The notes below the pieces were generated by a model. It worked only from the letters and a program-made list of their open reading frames with translations. It ran no database searches and was not told the DNA's origin. Below, piece after piece: positions 25,860-38,105 of a stretch of 64,000 bases of DNA. This stretch comes from Callorhinchus milii. Its lineage: Eukaryota. The translations under genes were made by a program, and so were the position numbers. The stretch lies in assembly GCF_018977255.1 (NCBI RefSeq), contig NW_024704743.1, forward strand, positions 105,464,001-105,528,000. The letters run 5' to 3'. The first letter of the stretch is position 1, and the number at the start of each line of letters is the position of its first letter.

Positions 25860-26160
25860 AGACATCACACTCAGTCTGTATAGTACACTGGCCACACCAC
25901 ACCTAGAATACTGCATACAGTTCTTGTCATCGTGACATAGGTGGCTGCCCAGGTCCTTGAGGCAGTGCAGAGGAGAGGAATGAGGATGATCCCAATACTA
26001 GAGGTATGAGCGTTGAGTAATGATTAGAAAAGCTAGGACTGTTCAGTCTTGATGGAAGTTTATAGAGGTGTATACAAAATTAAATGGGAATAAACCTAGA
26101 ACAATACTCTACGATGCACCAAGACAACAGAACAAGAAGACATTGGTTTACAGCTGCAAA
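25860..26160 (+). mobile_element. CR1 ORF2 3' fragment
   Basis: CCACACCTAGAATACTGCATACAGTTCT (PHLEYCIQF) and GCAGTGCAGAGGAGA (AVQRR). Confidence 0.75.
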
Positions 26161-26169
26161 GGGAATTAC

Positions 26170-28460
26170 CAACAACAAACAACAACAAAATTACATTTGT
26201 AAAGTCCCTTTCATGTCGGGAGGATGTCCCAAGGCGCTGAACAGTCGGAATCAGGACCCGAGCGTAGGGGGGAAAGGTTGGGGTGAGGGAGGGCAGAGAG
26301 GTAGGGCGGCTGAAGACACAATCGAAAAGGAGGGTCTTAAGTTGTGCCTTCAAGGAGGCAAGGGAGGGAGCAACAGTGGGGCAGAGAGGATGAAAGCCCG
26401 GGCGCCAATGGTACGGCGGGTCGTGGGGAGATGTAAAGCAGGCTGGAGCCTGCTGAGCAGAGGGAATGGACAGGTTGATAGGGGGTCAGCAGGTCAGAGA
26501 TGTAGGAGGGGGCAAGGCCATGGAGGGCCTTGAAAGTGAGGACGAGGATCTGGAATTCTATCTCTGAGGGATGGGGGAGCCAGTGGAGCTGGGCAAGAGT
26601 TGTGGTGATGGAGTCACAGAGTCTGGTGCAAGAGAGGATGCAAGCTGCAGAGTTCTGGATGATCTGCAGCTTGCAGAGGGAAGAGTTGGGGAAGGCCGAC
26701 AAGGAGGGCGTTTCCATAGTCAAGCCTTGAGGTGACAAATGTATATATGAGGGTTTCAGCGGCCTGAGGGGTGAGGCAGTGGCAGAGTAGGGCAATGTTG
26801 CGGAGACTGGGGGAAGACAGAGTGGGTCATGGCAAGGATATGGGGGAGAAAGGATAGTTGAGGGTCGAACAAAATGCCCAGGTTCCTAATTGGCTTGGTG
26901 ACGTGGAGTGTGCAATCATGGATGCTGATGCTGCCAGTGCCTAAAGTGCTGAGGTGCTGACGCAAGTCAAACAGGAGGGCCTCAGTCTTGCTGACATTCA
27001 GCTCTAGAAGGTTGGCTTTCATCCAGGGCTTGATGTCAGACAGACATCAAGTCAATTATTTGTCAAGATGTCAATTGTCCTGGAATCGAGGGTGGAGGCA
27101 GAGAGATAGCGATGGGTTTCATCCACGTACATGTGGAAGTTGACTCCATGTTTGCGGATGATGTCACCAATGGGGAGCATGTGGAGGTTGGAGAGGAGGG
27201 GTCCGAGGACAGAGCCCTGAGGGGTTCATGAAGCGAATGGTAGGAGAGGAATGAGCGAAGCTAGGAAGCAACAACTCTTCAAGGACCTTTGAAAGAAAAG
27301 GAAGATTGGAGATGGGCCAGTAGTTAGAAAGCGGGGATGGGTCCAGGGAAGAATTTTTTCAGGATGGGGGTGATTGTAGCTGTTTTTAGGGGGAATGGTG
27401 CCAGATGAAAGGGAGAGATTGATGGTGTCAGAGAGTAGAGGGGTGAGGAGGTGGAGATGGGAGGTAAGGAGAAGGATGGGGATGGAGTCAAGGGAGCTGG
27501 TGGTGTATTTCATGCTGGATATGGTGGTGATGAGAGAGGAGGGGGGGACAGGTTTGAAAATGTGGAGGGAGGGATGGGTAGCGGTCGGAGTGTGGGGGGT
27601 AGATCAGGAGAGAATAATGATTAGCAGCTGAATGGATCCCCTCAATTTTGGACTCGAAGAAATCCAGCATTTCCTCACAGTCAGAGATTGAGGAGAGAAT
27701 GGATGAGGCATCAGAGGGTGGACGGAGAAGCCAGTTGGTGGTGGAGAATAGGAGCCTGGGGTTGTCCTTTGCCTCCAAGATTATCTTGGGGTAGAAGGAT
27801 GATTTGGCGGAGGCAGGGTGGAGCGATACGTTTTGATGCGGACAGTTAGGTCAGAATTGAGCCAGGTGCATTCAGCAGCCTGCACCTGACTCTTGAGGGA
27901 GCGGAGGTGGCTAATGTACCAAGGTGAAGTTTGTGAGTAGAAGGTGGTTCAGGAGGTGAAGGGGCAAGAGCATCAAGAATGGTGGAGGGGGAGTTGTGGA
28001 GGAGAATGAGCAAGGAGGATAAATCAGTGCGGGAGACAGGCCAGATGGGGAGGAGTTCAGATAACTCCAGGGTCATGGAGAAGGTTTGCAGGGAGATTTT
28101 TTTCCAGGGGGATAGGAAATGGAGGTGGGTTTGGTGGTGGTGAGAAGAGCGATTGAGGAGTTAAGGAGATAAAATGGTGATCGGAGATGGCTCTGTCTGT
28201 GAGGGTGATATCCGAGACACTGAGGTCCTGGATAATCACCAGGTCGACTGGGTGTTCATGAACGTGCATGGCAGAGTGGATGTGGAGGAAAGGAGAGAGG
28301 AGAAGACCAAGAAGATAGCACAGGAGGGGATGAAGTGAAGGTTTAAGTCACCGAGGAAGAGAAGGCGTTCAGAACAAAGGCAGAGGGAAGCTAGGAGGGT
28401 GGCGACGTCAGAGATGAGGGTGGGGGAGGTTTTGGGGACGTGGTAAAGAGGAAAATTTTG
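26170..28460 (-). mobile_element. Long decayed LINE2 (endonuclease region to 3' tail) with an internal RT deletion
   Basis: ORF-track peptides DLVI..ISDHHFI (APE endonuclease), NPRLLFSTTNWLLRPP, FFESKIE, ANLLELNVSKTEALL and LQIIQNSAA..LHWLP; (CAA)n tail at 26170. Confidence 0.92.
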
Positions 28461-29329
28461 AGAACTTTACCTTTCCATCTGCCTACTTTAAAAATCTCCT
28501 TAGAATCTATCTCTTCAACTATGGTTTTGGTCAATATATTTTAATCTCTCATTTCCACGGTCAGGGTGCACCATTACACTTGTCAAGCACTTGAAGGCAT
28601 ATGAAAGGCGACATTTAAATGTAAGTTTTATTGTGGAAACTGCAACAGTCTGCTTCAATTAGATCCAAAGTCCAGTTGATCATCTTAACTGTTGTTTTAC
28701 TGGCAGTTTTACTGATCGGTTTGTAGCTTTGGGACCAAGTCTCCGTAGAAGCTGGTAACGTTCAGCCAAACAGACTAATATTTTGTGTCAAAGTGCTCAG
28801 CTTTGTTATTTCTGACACCCAAAAATCTCATCTCTGAAGGTTTTCTTCCAATAATTCACTTTTAGCCTAGGGTTTTTTTCCCTGACACCGTATTTTAAGT
28901 CACAGGGGATTTCACACATTGTGCAAATAGCATTATTGATAGAACGTTAAATGTTTCACATATAAGAGTAAAGCAGTCCATGATAACATTATTTGCTAGC
29001 ACTGTAGCCTGCAACTACATTGGAAATATAAAGGAATTACACTGCTTATCCATTGGTGTAACTTCTCTGCACCACACATTTATACTCTTTTCTAAAAGAA
29101 TTGGTTCAGAAAACTATTTGAGTTTAAATGGAAATAGGGTGTTGGTTACCAATGCTGTGCTTATCCGAAGCTTGGCATCAGCAGATGTTAGGGTAAAAAT
29201 TGTTGTTTAGGCTGAACAACAGCCATATACTGCTATTTTGCTGCTGTATACATCTCTACAATCTAGATTAATATTTCTCAATAACCAGTTTGTGGTTTCC
29301 ACAGCAATGTATTGTAATGTACAGCAAGG

Positions 29330-29610
29330 TATCAGCCTGGGTCAGCGTGTAGCACTCTTGCCTTTAAGTCAGAAGGTTGTGAGTTGGGGCCCCACCTTGG
29401 GATTCAAATTCACAAAGCAGTGAAAGGCACCATCCATCAGATGAACTATAAAATCAGATCCCGTCTGCTTGTTTAGCTGCACAATAAAGATCCTATGCTA
29501 CTACTTGAAAAGAGAAGGGAGTTTCTCCCAATATCCCGGCCAACAATCCCCTAAATAAAAATAGTCACTCACTTTATGGCTGTTTGTGGGATATTGCGTT
29601 GTGGAAATCG
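29330..29610 (+). mobile_element. Deu-domain SINE, partial
   Basis: TCAGCCTGGGTCAG head, CAGATGA..GATCCCGTCTGCTTGTT..GAGAAGGGAGTTTCTCCC. Confidence 0.7.
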
Positions 29611-29959
29611 ATTTCCCAGGTAATTGGGGTCTCCTTGGAGCTGAACTGGCTCCAAGGTTATGTGTTTGGCAAAGGAATGTCAATCGAGCCAACCTTCTGT
29701 GGCAGTCTTATCAGTTCCTGAGCCAGGCAGGTCTGCAGTATTCAAGGGCACTGCTGATGACAGTCCAGAAGGCTAGCTCATAGGCAGGACCTAGAAGAGC
29801 AGACTGGTTACTTGGAGCAAGAACTCTTCCCATACAGCTCCTGTTAACCCAAAGCCCTAACAGATAGGGTGGTCCTAGCTTGACAACAAGCAGAAAGCTT
29901 GCTAGAAAGTGCATTCAATGGCAAGCTATGCTGTTTTAGCTGGTTAGACTCTAGCAGTA

Positions 29960-30103
29960 GGCAAAGTACTGCAGATGTTGGAAATATGGTTTAAACATAG
30001 GTGCCATTGGGAATATGCAGCAGGTCGGGCAGTATCCGTGGAGAGAGGAAAATTAATGTTTCAGATCAATGATTGTCAGAACTGGGGAATGTTGGAAGGG
30101 AGC
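29960..30103 (-). mobile_element. Penelope-like terminal fragment
   Basis: Similar to the copies at 24298 and 39487; exact 14-bp TSD AGACTCTAGCAGTA (29946-29959, 30104-30117). Confidence 0.75.
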
Positions 30104-30182
30104 AGACTCTAGCAGTACTCTACACATACTCTGGTGTCCCCAGCCCTTGGCTCTTGCCAACCTGCATCTAACCTGCATCTAA

Positions 30183-30737
30183 CTACTCTAACGCCCTCCT
30201 CGCTGGTCTCCCATCCACTACCATATATAAAATCCAAATCATTCAACACACTGCCACCCGCATTCTCAACCGCACGAAACTCCACTACCCAATCAACCCA
30301 GTCCTTACCAGACTGCATTGGCTGCCTATCCCAGAAAGGATCAATTTCAAGATCCTTACCCTTGTATTCAAGACCCTGCACTCCTCTGCACCCCCCCTAC
30401 CTCTCTGACCTCCTCTCTCCTCAAAACAGTACCCATTGCCTTTGTTCCTCTGGGTCTGGCCTCCTCCTTGTCCCCCAAGTCCTCTGCTCCACCCTCGGCG
30501 GCCGTGCCTTCAGCCACTATGCCCTGAGGCTCTGGAACTGCCTTCCTCACTCCCTTCGCCTCGCTCCCTCCCTTCCCATTTTCAGGTCTCTGCTGAAGAC
30601 CTTTCTTTTCTACCGCGCCTTTGGTCACCTTCCTCCCCCTCCCCCTGGCTCGGACCCGGGCTCCATTACTGTACAGCGCTCTGAGACACCATCCAGCATG
30701 GAGAGCGCTATATAAATCCAAGTTGTTGTTGTTGTTG
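30183..30737 (+). mobile_element. LINE2 3' portion
   Basis: GGRAFSHYALRLWNCLP..LLKTFLF; (TTG)n tail; near-TSD CTGCATCTAA / CTGCATCCAA. Confidence 0.92.
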
Positions 30738-30878
30738 CTGCATCCAATACTCTCTGGAATTAAATAAGCCAGATGCATCCCCTAGTGATAGAGTGCATAT
30801 TCCATTCCAGTAAACATCTATGGAATTTCCATGTATAGGTGGGATGCATGGATGTTTGGCTTGGATACTCTTAAGCAT

Positions 30879-30946
30879 CCCAGCGCCTTGGGACGTCCTC
30901 CCGACGTGAAAAGCGCTCTATAAATGGAATCTTGTTGTTGTTGTTG
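30879..30946 (+). mobile_element. 68-bp LINE2 tail-only insertion
   Basis: Matches 18130-18190; TSD TAAGCAT. Confidence 0.88.
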
Positions 30947-31704
30947 TAAGCATGATGGGTTATGCATGTGTCAAACACCCGGCTGACCAAATAAATGTAA
31001 AAATTGGATTTATGTGAAGAATTCCACATTCAGCAATAAAGTGAAAGATGAATAATGTATTAAGATTTAAAGTTGGGTTCCTTATTTTATACTTCTAATA
31101 AAATTCTTTACGAAAGCAAATCAATTCACAAAATGCATGAAAAGTAATCATTGCTTCCTTAAGTTTAATTCAATATGGTAAATTATGTCGATAAGGAAGA
31201 GTGTTTTAATGTATAATTAATTAATCCAGGGGTTGTTTTGGGGTTTCGTTGGCTTGAGTTAGAATGGATGCCCTAATAACTAATTTAGCTGAAATTTAAT
31301 GCATCAGAACTGATCTGTAGCTGGTGGCACCTACGGTGTCAGTATTATTTAATAGCAAGTTAAGTCACCTGTGAATAATTAGCTTTCTATGTGCAAAAGT
31401 TGCAGCATTATAATCTATGGAGACAGATCTTTATAAACTGAAAGGTTAGCGCGCTTAAGAGATCCTCACATGAAAATGTTAACAAACACATTTAAAGGTG
31501 CTGCAAGATATGTCTTTCTTATCATCCATAATTCTTAGAAGAGCCGAAAGGCAATGAATTAGAGTCTAAATTATTGATCATTTTGAAAGGAATAATTGTA
31601 TTCCTTACAAAATAAACCAATTGATATTGCTGACTTTTAGGAACTTCTATATGCTATTTGTGGAAAGTTTTCTGTTTGTGTTTAGTTCATGGACACAAGT
31701 AGAT

Positions 31705-32145
31705 ATCAGCCTGGCTCAGTTGGTAGTTATCTCATTTCTGAGTCAAAACTTTGTGGGTTCAAGCCCCAAGACAGGATTTTGAAGTCCAGGCTGATGCTCC
31801 AATACAATGCTCAGTGAGCTTTGCATTGTTGGAATTGCAATGCTTTGGAAGAAGCTTGAAACCAAAGTTCCATCTAGGTGTTCAGGTGGATGTTAAAGAT
31901 CCAATGACACTACTCAAAAGGAGTTTCTCCCAGTGTCTTGGCCAACATCCCCCTGATGAAATGAGTCATTCACTTCATGGCTGATTGTGGACTGTTCCTA
32001 AACATATTTTGCTGTGGGAAATTCAGCTGCTGCATTCACTTACAAAATGGGGTCATTATACTTCACATTAAATCCTTTGAAGCACTTTGATATGTTGAAT
32101 GCGAATGGTGGTATAGCAAATGCAAGGATTTTTATTTTATTATTA
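31705..32145 (+). mobile_element. Deu-domain SINE, near full length
   Basis: TCAGCCTGGCTCAGTTGGTAG head, TGTTCAGGTGGATGTTAAAGATCC core, AAATGCAAGGATT tail. Confidence 0.8.
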
Positions 32146-32231
32146 ATTCAGCTAGAGTTTGGTAACTATCCCCAGAATAAGCCTAGAAAGGCTATGTTTT
32201 AGTATTTCAAAATTATTCCTGCTAAATTACA

Positions 32232-32614
32232 ATAATAATATAATAATAATCCCTGCATTAAATTAAATAATAAATTGCCTTATTATGTCTTTGAGATGTC
32301 TCAAAGTGTTTCACAGAATATACTGTAAAGTAGATCGATTGTATATTTTGTGGGCAAAACACGGTAGCCAATTGCGAACAGCAGCATCCCACAAACAGTG
32401 GTGGATTGAGTGATCAAATTTTTTTGAGGGATTATTATCATCCCCGGAAAAGTGATCCGCCAATCGACCAACATTCAGGTTCCTACTTACTGCTAGGTAA
32501 ACAGAGGCTAGTGGAGTAAGCAAACTTGCCCAACGTTTCACCCTGCCCAGGAATTGAACGCAGGTCCTGTCGCTTGTGCGGCAAGTGCTCTAACCACTAA
32601 GCTATAGGACTCCA
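32232..32614 (-). mobile_element. tRNA-derived SINE, long variant
   Basis: Same head and tail as the young SINE plus the internal segment GCCTCTGTTTACCTAGCAGTAAGTAGGAACC..TTTTCCGG. Confidence 0.85.
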
Positions 32615-32912
32615 CAATCCAAGATGTCAGCTCCAGGTGCTTTCCAGTTGAGTTTGACCACTAACGTTGTTCAGAAATCACTGACAACTGTTTCAAAACA
32701 CATTTTAACTTGTTCCCTAAATAAGGAACAAAATGTGTTTAGGAATGGTGCAATTTTGAACTGACGCCTGAAAGATTGTTGTTTAAAGTAAGGCACTTAA
32801 AGGAAATGAGACGTAGACTTAGCATTATATATTCTTCCATAGATAGGTTTTGATGAAGATTGTACATGTTGGAAAAGGAGATTTGGAAGTTTTTTTTTGT
32901 CAACAGAGTCCC

Positions 32913-33153
32913 TAACACATGCGGAAACTCATCACCATGCTTAACATACATCAACCAGACTCAGTTCCACGTCTGTATGTCACCTGCACATGGACATTTC
33001 CGCTCTGTCTAGAATGGAATATGTACTCTCTCGCTGAATGTATGCATCCTGCTTACCTAATTCTGTTGAGTAATAGGTGCAGGTTGGCAAGAACCAATGC
33101 TTGGGTGCCCCAGAGTATGCTTTGGAGTACTGCTGGAGGTTAACCAGCTAAAA
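32913..33153 (-). repeat. Unclassified old interspersed repeat, copy 3
   Basis: Reverse complement TTTTAGCTGGTTAACCTCCAGCAGTACTCCAAAGCATACTCTGG..CTTGCCAACCTGCACCTA aligns to copy 2 with the insertions removed. Confidence 0.7.
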
Positions 33154-35732
33154 TTGAACAAGTGAAAAATAGGAATGCAGGAAAATATTTGTCTTTATAT
33201 CTCCAATATGAATCCATGACGTGATGCTAAATATCTGGTGATTTTAGAGCCCTAAGAATCAGAATGACTTCCTCTTTACCAAGTTACATCTGTTCATGGC
33301 CATCTGCAATGTCCATCATATATAATTTTTCTAAAGGGACAATGGTTTGCTTACTATCTACCACAGGCTGAAAGTGCTATTAAAGCAGAATAAAAAGCCT
33401 GGCATTTTTAAGTAATTCAAATTAACTGGACTCTCCAATGTTCAATGCCTACTTCTTGTCAAACTGTCTATTTTATGACCAGTCACTAACCGTAATGGCA
33501 ATGGTATTTCGCTGTTTAATGGCTGCGTTGTCATGTTACAAAATGTGTTAATTAACATTACTAGATTTGTGAGTCAATTAATGCAATGCCATATAACTTA
33601 GATTTGTATAGAAGCTATTCACGTTGGGAGGATGACTCAAAGTGCTATCTGGGCACTTGATCTTAAGAGTGTGGGGAAAGAGGGGAAGCTCAGCGAAAGT
33701 GTGGTCAAAGATGTAAGTCTTAAGGTGACCTTCAAAGTGAGGAGGCAGCTGAGTGGTTCGGATTTCTTGATTTTGGACCCAAAGATGTTCTGAAATTGCT
33801 CAGGTGCTGTCAGTGTAGCTCAGTTTATGGGAAATAAATCCAGAAGGCCAAGATGAACATGCCCAAGGAATGTTGCGGGATTAACAAAATGATGCAAGTG
33901 TCCTTACTCTACACGCTTCTGTTTACCTAGCAGTAAGTAGGAACCCAGTTGTTAGTCGATTGCCGGATTACTTTCCGGACTGGTGGCCTATTTCGCTGTA
34001 AATTCTTTGCAAATCTTTACAAATCTTTGTAAAGTCCCCCTCTTTCAGATGAGATGTTACCAGAGAATCTGAACAAAGAGTCAGTTATAACTAAAGGTCC
34101 TGCTACAAAAACCCAAATATCAGGAGATGATAGACTGCTACAGGCAACTGCTCAGCGCTCATAATTTGATGCAGGTGACAGGATTGCCACTTCTGTAGCT
34201 CTCCATATTTTCACAAACCAAATAGAGTTCCCCATTGAAGTTTGACATACAAGTTTCTGTGGTCATGAGAGCTTATTTTTTAATAAATAAAATAAATCAC
34301 AATTATTAAAATGCATCTCTCCAACAATTCATGAAATGATTCGATTTTCATGTGCAGCACAGAGCAAAATATTATACATGGTTCCGCTCCACCAGAGTCA
34401 GACTTGCTTTCATCCATTATACCTTGAAACTCAAGAACTCCCTTATTCAACGTCTCTGCCTTGTTCTCACCTTGCCCGTCTGCAGATCACCTCCGCTCTC
34501 TCCACCATTGACAAGCATTCCGAGACGCTACCCTGCGTGAAAAGCGCTATATAAATTCAAGTTGTTGGTCTTGTCGTAGTGATGCAGAGTGAATAAAGGT
34601 TATTATTCCACCAAATTTATTTCCAATGCAAATTGGAAAAGAGGAGATTCTTGGAAAATTAGGTAGACTGGTGAGGAACCTGGCACACACTCTGAATATC
34701 GACCTTAAACACCAGAATCCACTTTCTATAAAGCACCAAGGGAAGAAGACATATGACAAAATATTTAGAAATGGAGATACCAAACAGAGATCAATAAGTG
34801 CCATTTCAGGTGGGCCTTCACATTTTAGGAGAAGGACAGACATATATTCCTTATGCTTGCATGCTACACTTTTCCTTACAATCCCTTTTTCTATGGATCT
34901 CAAAACTTCAAGAAGGAATTTAGTTCTGGGAGAAGAATAATAAAATGGAAAGCAGCTGTTATGTCTTAATTTGCGCAGCAACTTCACCTCAAGGGCATAC
35001 GTGAGATACCAAATCAGGCAGCGCAGAAACAGTGGTACAGCCTAATATCTACTGTTTCTCTCATTAGCGTAAGAACATGCAATATGTATATTGGAAGATT
35101 TAATTTTCAATTTAAATATTAATAAGCTTGACTCATGTTGCAGAACTAGTTACATTTTTGGTAAATAGATAGCGAGAATTATCAAAAACATGGAGCCTAG
35201 TATGGTAGAGGACATGGGCTGCAGAGGGAGGAGTTAGGGAGTCAAGTGAGCCTGTGGACGATGTGGGCGAGGATCTCAGCAGCAAAGAGGTAGTGATGGA
35301 GACAGTCGATGCCATGGAGGTAGAAGAAAACAGAGCTATACAGTTCAGACTCACAATGAGCAATGAACTTGCCAACAAAGTGTACAGACATCAATCATTG
35401 CTGGTCCTGTTATTGACTGACCTTCAGAACAACAATGCAATCACAATTATTATTACTGCTTTTTTTCCTCCTATTTTCTTCTGCCTTTTATGAAGGAAAG
35501 GCAAAAGGGAAAAAAAGGAATGCAGAAACTCACATGCAGAACTTTGGTAATTTGTGCTAAATTGTCTGACATACGAAGCATGCACTCCATTGTTCCTTAT
35601 CATGTGTGAATGAATGCCATGTTTGCTTAAATGTATATGGTAAACTTGAAAGCAATTACTTTAAGATAGTTTGAAGTTAGAAGACGTATCAAATTCAAGC
35701 ATTATTTTCTACCTTTGCATTTAAACTAATTC

Positions 35733-36055
35733 TATAGTCTAGTGGTTAGAGTACTCGCCTCACAAGCCAGAGGACCAGGGTTTGATTCCCAGGTGGGGTG
35801 AAATCTTAGGAAAGTTTCCCTAAGTAGGAACCCAGTTGCGAGTCGATTGGCGAATTGCTTTCCGGGAGTAATAATCCCTTCAAAAAAAAATCATTTGTCC
35901 ATTCAATCCATAGCTGTTTGTGGGACACTGCTGTGCACAATTGGCTGCTTCGTTTCGCCCACAAAATATACAGTCAATTCATTTTACAGTATATTCTGTG
36001 AAGCGCTTTGAGACATTTCAACAATGTGATAAGGCGTTTTATCAAATAATGCAAG
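35733..36055 (+). mobile_element. tRNA-derived SINE, long variant
   Basis: AGTGGTTAGAGTACTCGCC head, TAAGTAGGAACCCAGTT..GATTGGCG internal segment, shared tail. Confidence 0.8.
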
Positions 36056-37224
36056 TAGACAGCACAATGATCAAAGAGACATTAATTTCAGCTTGATTTG
36101 TTATCCATGTTCTATCCTTTAAATAATGTTTCGATTCACCTTCTGCCTTTACGCAACACGCTGCAGGTTGTTCTGTCAATTTTATACATCACCTGGCAGG
36201 AGTTGGAAAAGTTGGACAAAATGTCAGTCTTCGCTTCAGTAAGAATAGTGCTTACAGTACTACAATCTTTTTTTTGCTTCAGAAATGAGCCCCAGGAAGC
36301 CCTCTGTTACATGTTTCACTCTCCTGCTTAATACTTTCCTATTTTGCGAAGTGTAGGTATACACAGGAGAGAGAAGAAAAAACACAGGGATTTTCAACTC
36401 CTTTAACGTTATATTAACTATGTACATTTCGAGCTGAAATAAATCCAGGTTGAAAAATAAGAAGAATTAGATCTGGTCAATGACTTGAATTGCCAAGGCT
36501 CAAAGTGCCTTAATTGCAACACAGTTGCAAGCCTATCCAATTGACTTCAGCAAAATGTTTTACAATGTTGAAGATTTGCTCCAACAAACATTCCCATGTT
36601 GGGTATCACATTCTGCTGCACTGCTCATTAATCATTGGTCTGCAATGCAGAAGAGTAGGGCACCTAAATTTGGACATACATCATGTAAGCACAGTGCTAT
36701 AAAAATCTACTTGGTTTGAAAAAACATTTTTACATTTTCACATTCATACTTCAAAGAGTACATGGCCTGATAATAAGAGGGAACCTTCAAAATACTCTGA
36801 CAAAAGAGTGAAACACAGCAAAGTCAGCACGTAGGATACACACAAATGGGAATAGGATCACACAGGTTATATTTCTACTTTCAAGGCATGAATAAAAGAT
36901 GTATATGTTCAAAATACATATGTTCATAGAGAATTACAAATGCTTTTTATTTAATTATCAATCAAGAGGATTATTTATTAACTGCAGAATTTAAAAAATC
37001 CTTTTCATTGTTTCTTGATGATACAACTTAACTTGTAGCTCTTTGTACAAATAGGTTTACACATAGCACTGCAAAGAGCTCATAAAGAAATTGAAGAGGA
37101 GAAGACAACAATAATTTGCAGTTGCATAGCACAATTCATACAATACAGTGTCTCAGAGCACTGAATAATAGGGTGTAAATGTACAATTCACTGGCTGTAG
37201 TGAATGTTGCATTTATAATGACCC

Positions 37225-38105
37225 GCTCTGCACTCCCTTGATGACGTCATCCACAGACATGGGGTCAACTACCACATGTACGTGGATGACACCCAACTCT
37301 ATCACGCTGCCTCCACCCTCGATTCCAGGACAACTGACATCCTGACAGACTGTCTGTCTGACATCAAGTCCTGGATGAAAGCCAATTTTCTGTAGCTGAA
37401 TGTCAGCAAGACTGAGGCCCTCCTGATGGCTCGCGCCAACGCCTCAGCACTTCAGTCACTGGCAGCATCAGCATCCTTGGTTGCACACTCCACCTCACCA
37501 AGCCAGTTAGGAACCTGGGCATCTTGTTCAGCCCTCGACTGTCCTTTCTCCCCCATATCCATACCATGTCCCGCTCTGCCTTCCCCCACCACCGCAACAT
37601 TGCCCGACTCCACCACTGCCTCACCCCTCAGGCCACCGAAACTCTCATACACGCATTCATCAGCACAAAGCTCGACTACGGAAGCTCCCTCCTTGGCAGC
37701 CTCCCCAACTCTTTCCTCCACAAGCTGCAGATTATCCAGAACTCTCCTGTCCTCTCCCGCACCAGGCTCCGTGACCCCATCACCCTCACCCTTGCCCAGC
37801 TCCACTGGCTCCCCATCCCCCAGAGGATAGAATAAAAAATCCTCGTCCTCACTTTCAAGGCCCTCCATGGCCTTGCTGTCTCCTATATCTCTGATCTGTT
37901 GACCCCCTATCAACTTGTCCGCTGAGCAGACTCTGGCCTGCTCCGTTGCTCCCGCCCGATCCGCCCTACCATCAGCTGCCAGGCTTTCAGCCTCTCTGCC
38001 CCACTCTTTGGAACTCCATCCCACAATCCCTTTGCCTTGCTCCCTCTCTTGCCTCCTTCCAAGGTACGGCTCAAGACCCTCCTTTTTGACCATGTCTTTT
38101 TGACT
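37225..38105 (+). mobile_element. LINE2 ORF2 3' portion
   Basis: HMYVDDTQLY, ETLIHAFISTKLDY and LHWLPIPQRIE motifs. Confidence 0.92.

Larger units (their letters stand above)
29850..30970 (+). repeat. Unclassified old interspersed repeat, copy 2, split by three insertions
   Basis: Segments 29850-29959, 30104-30182, 30738-30878 and 30947-30970 align in order with copies 1 and 3. Confidence 0.65.
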
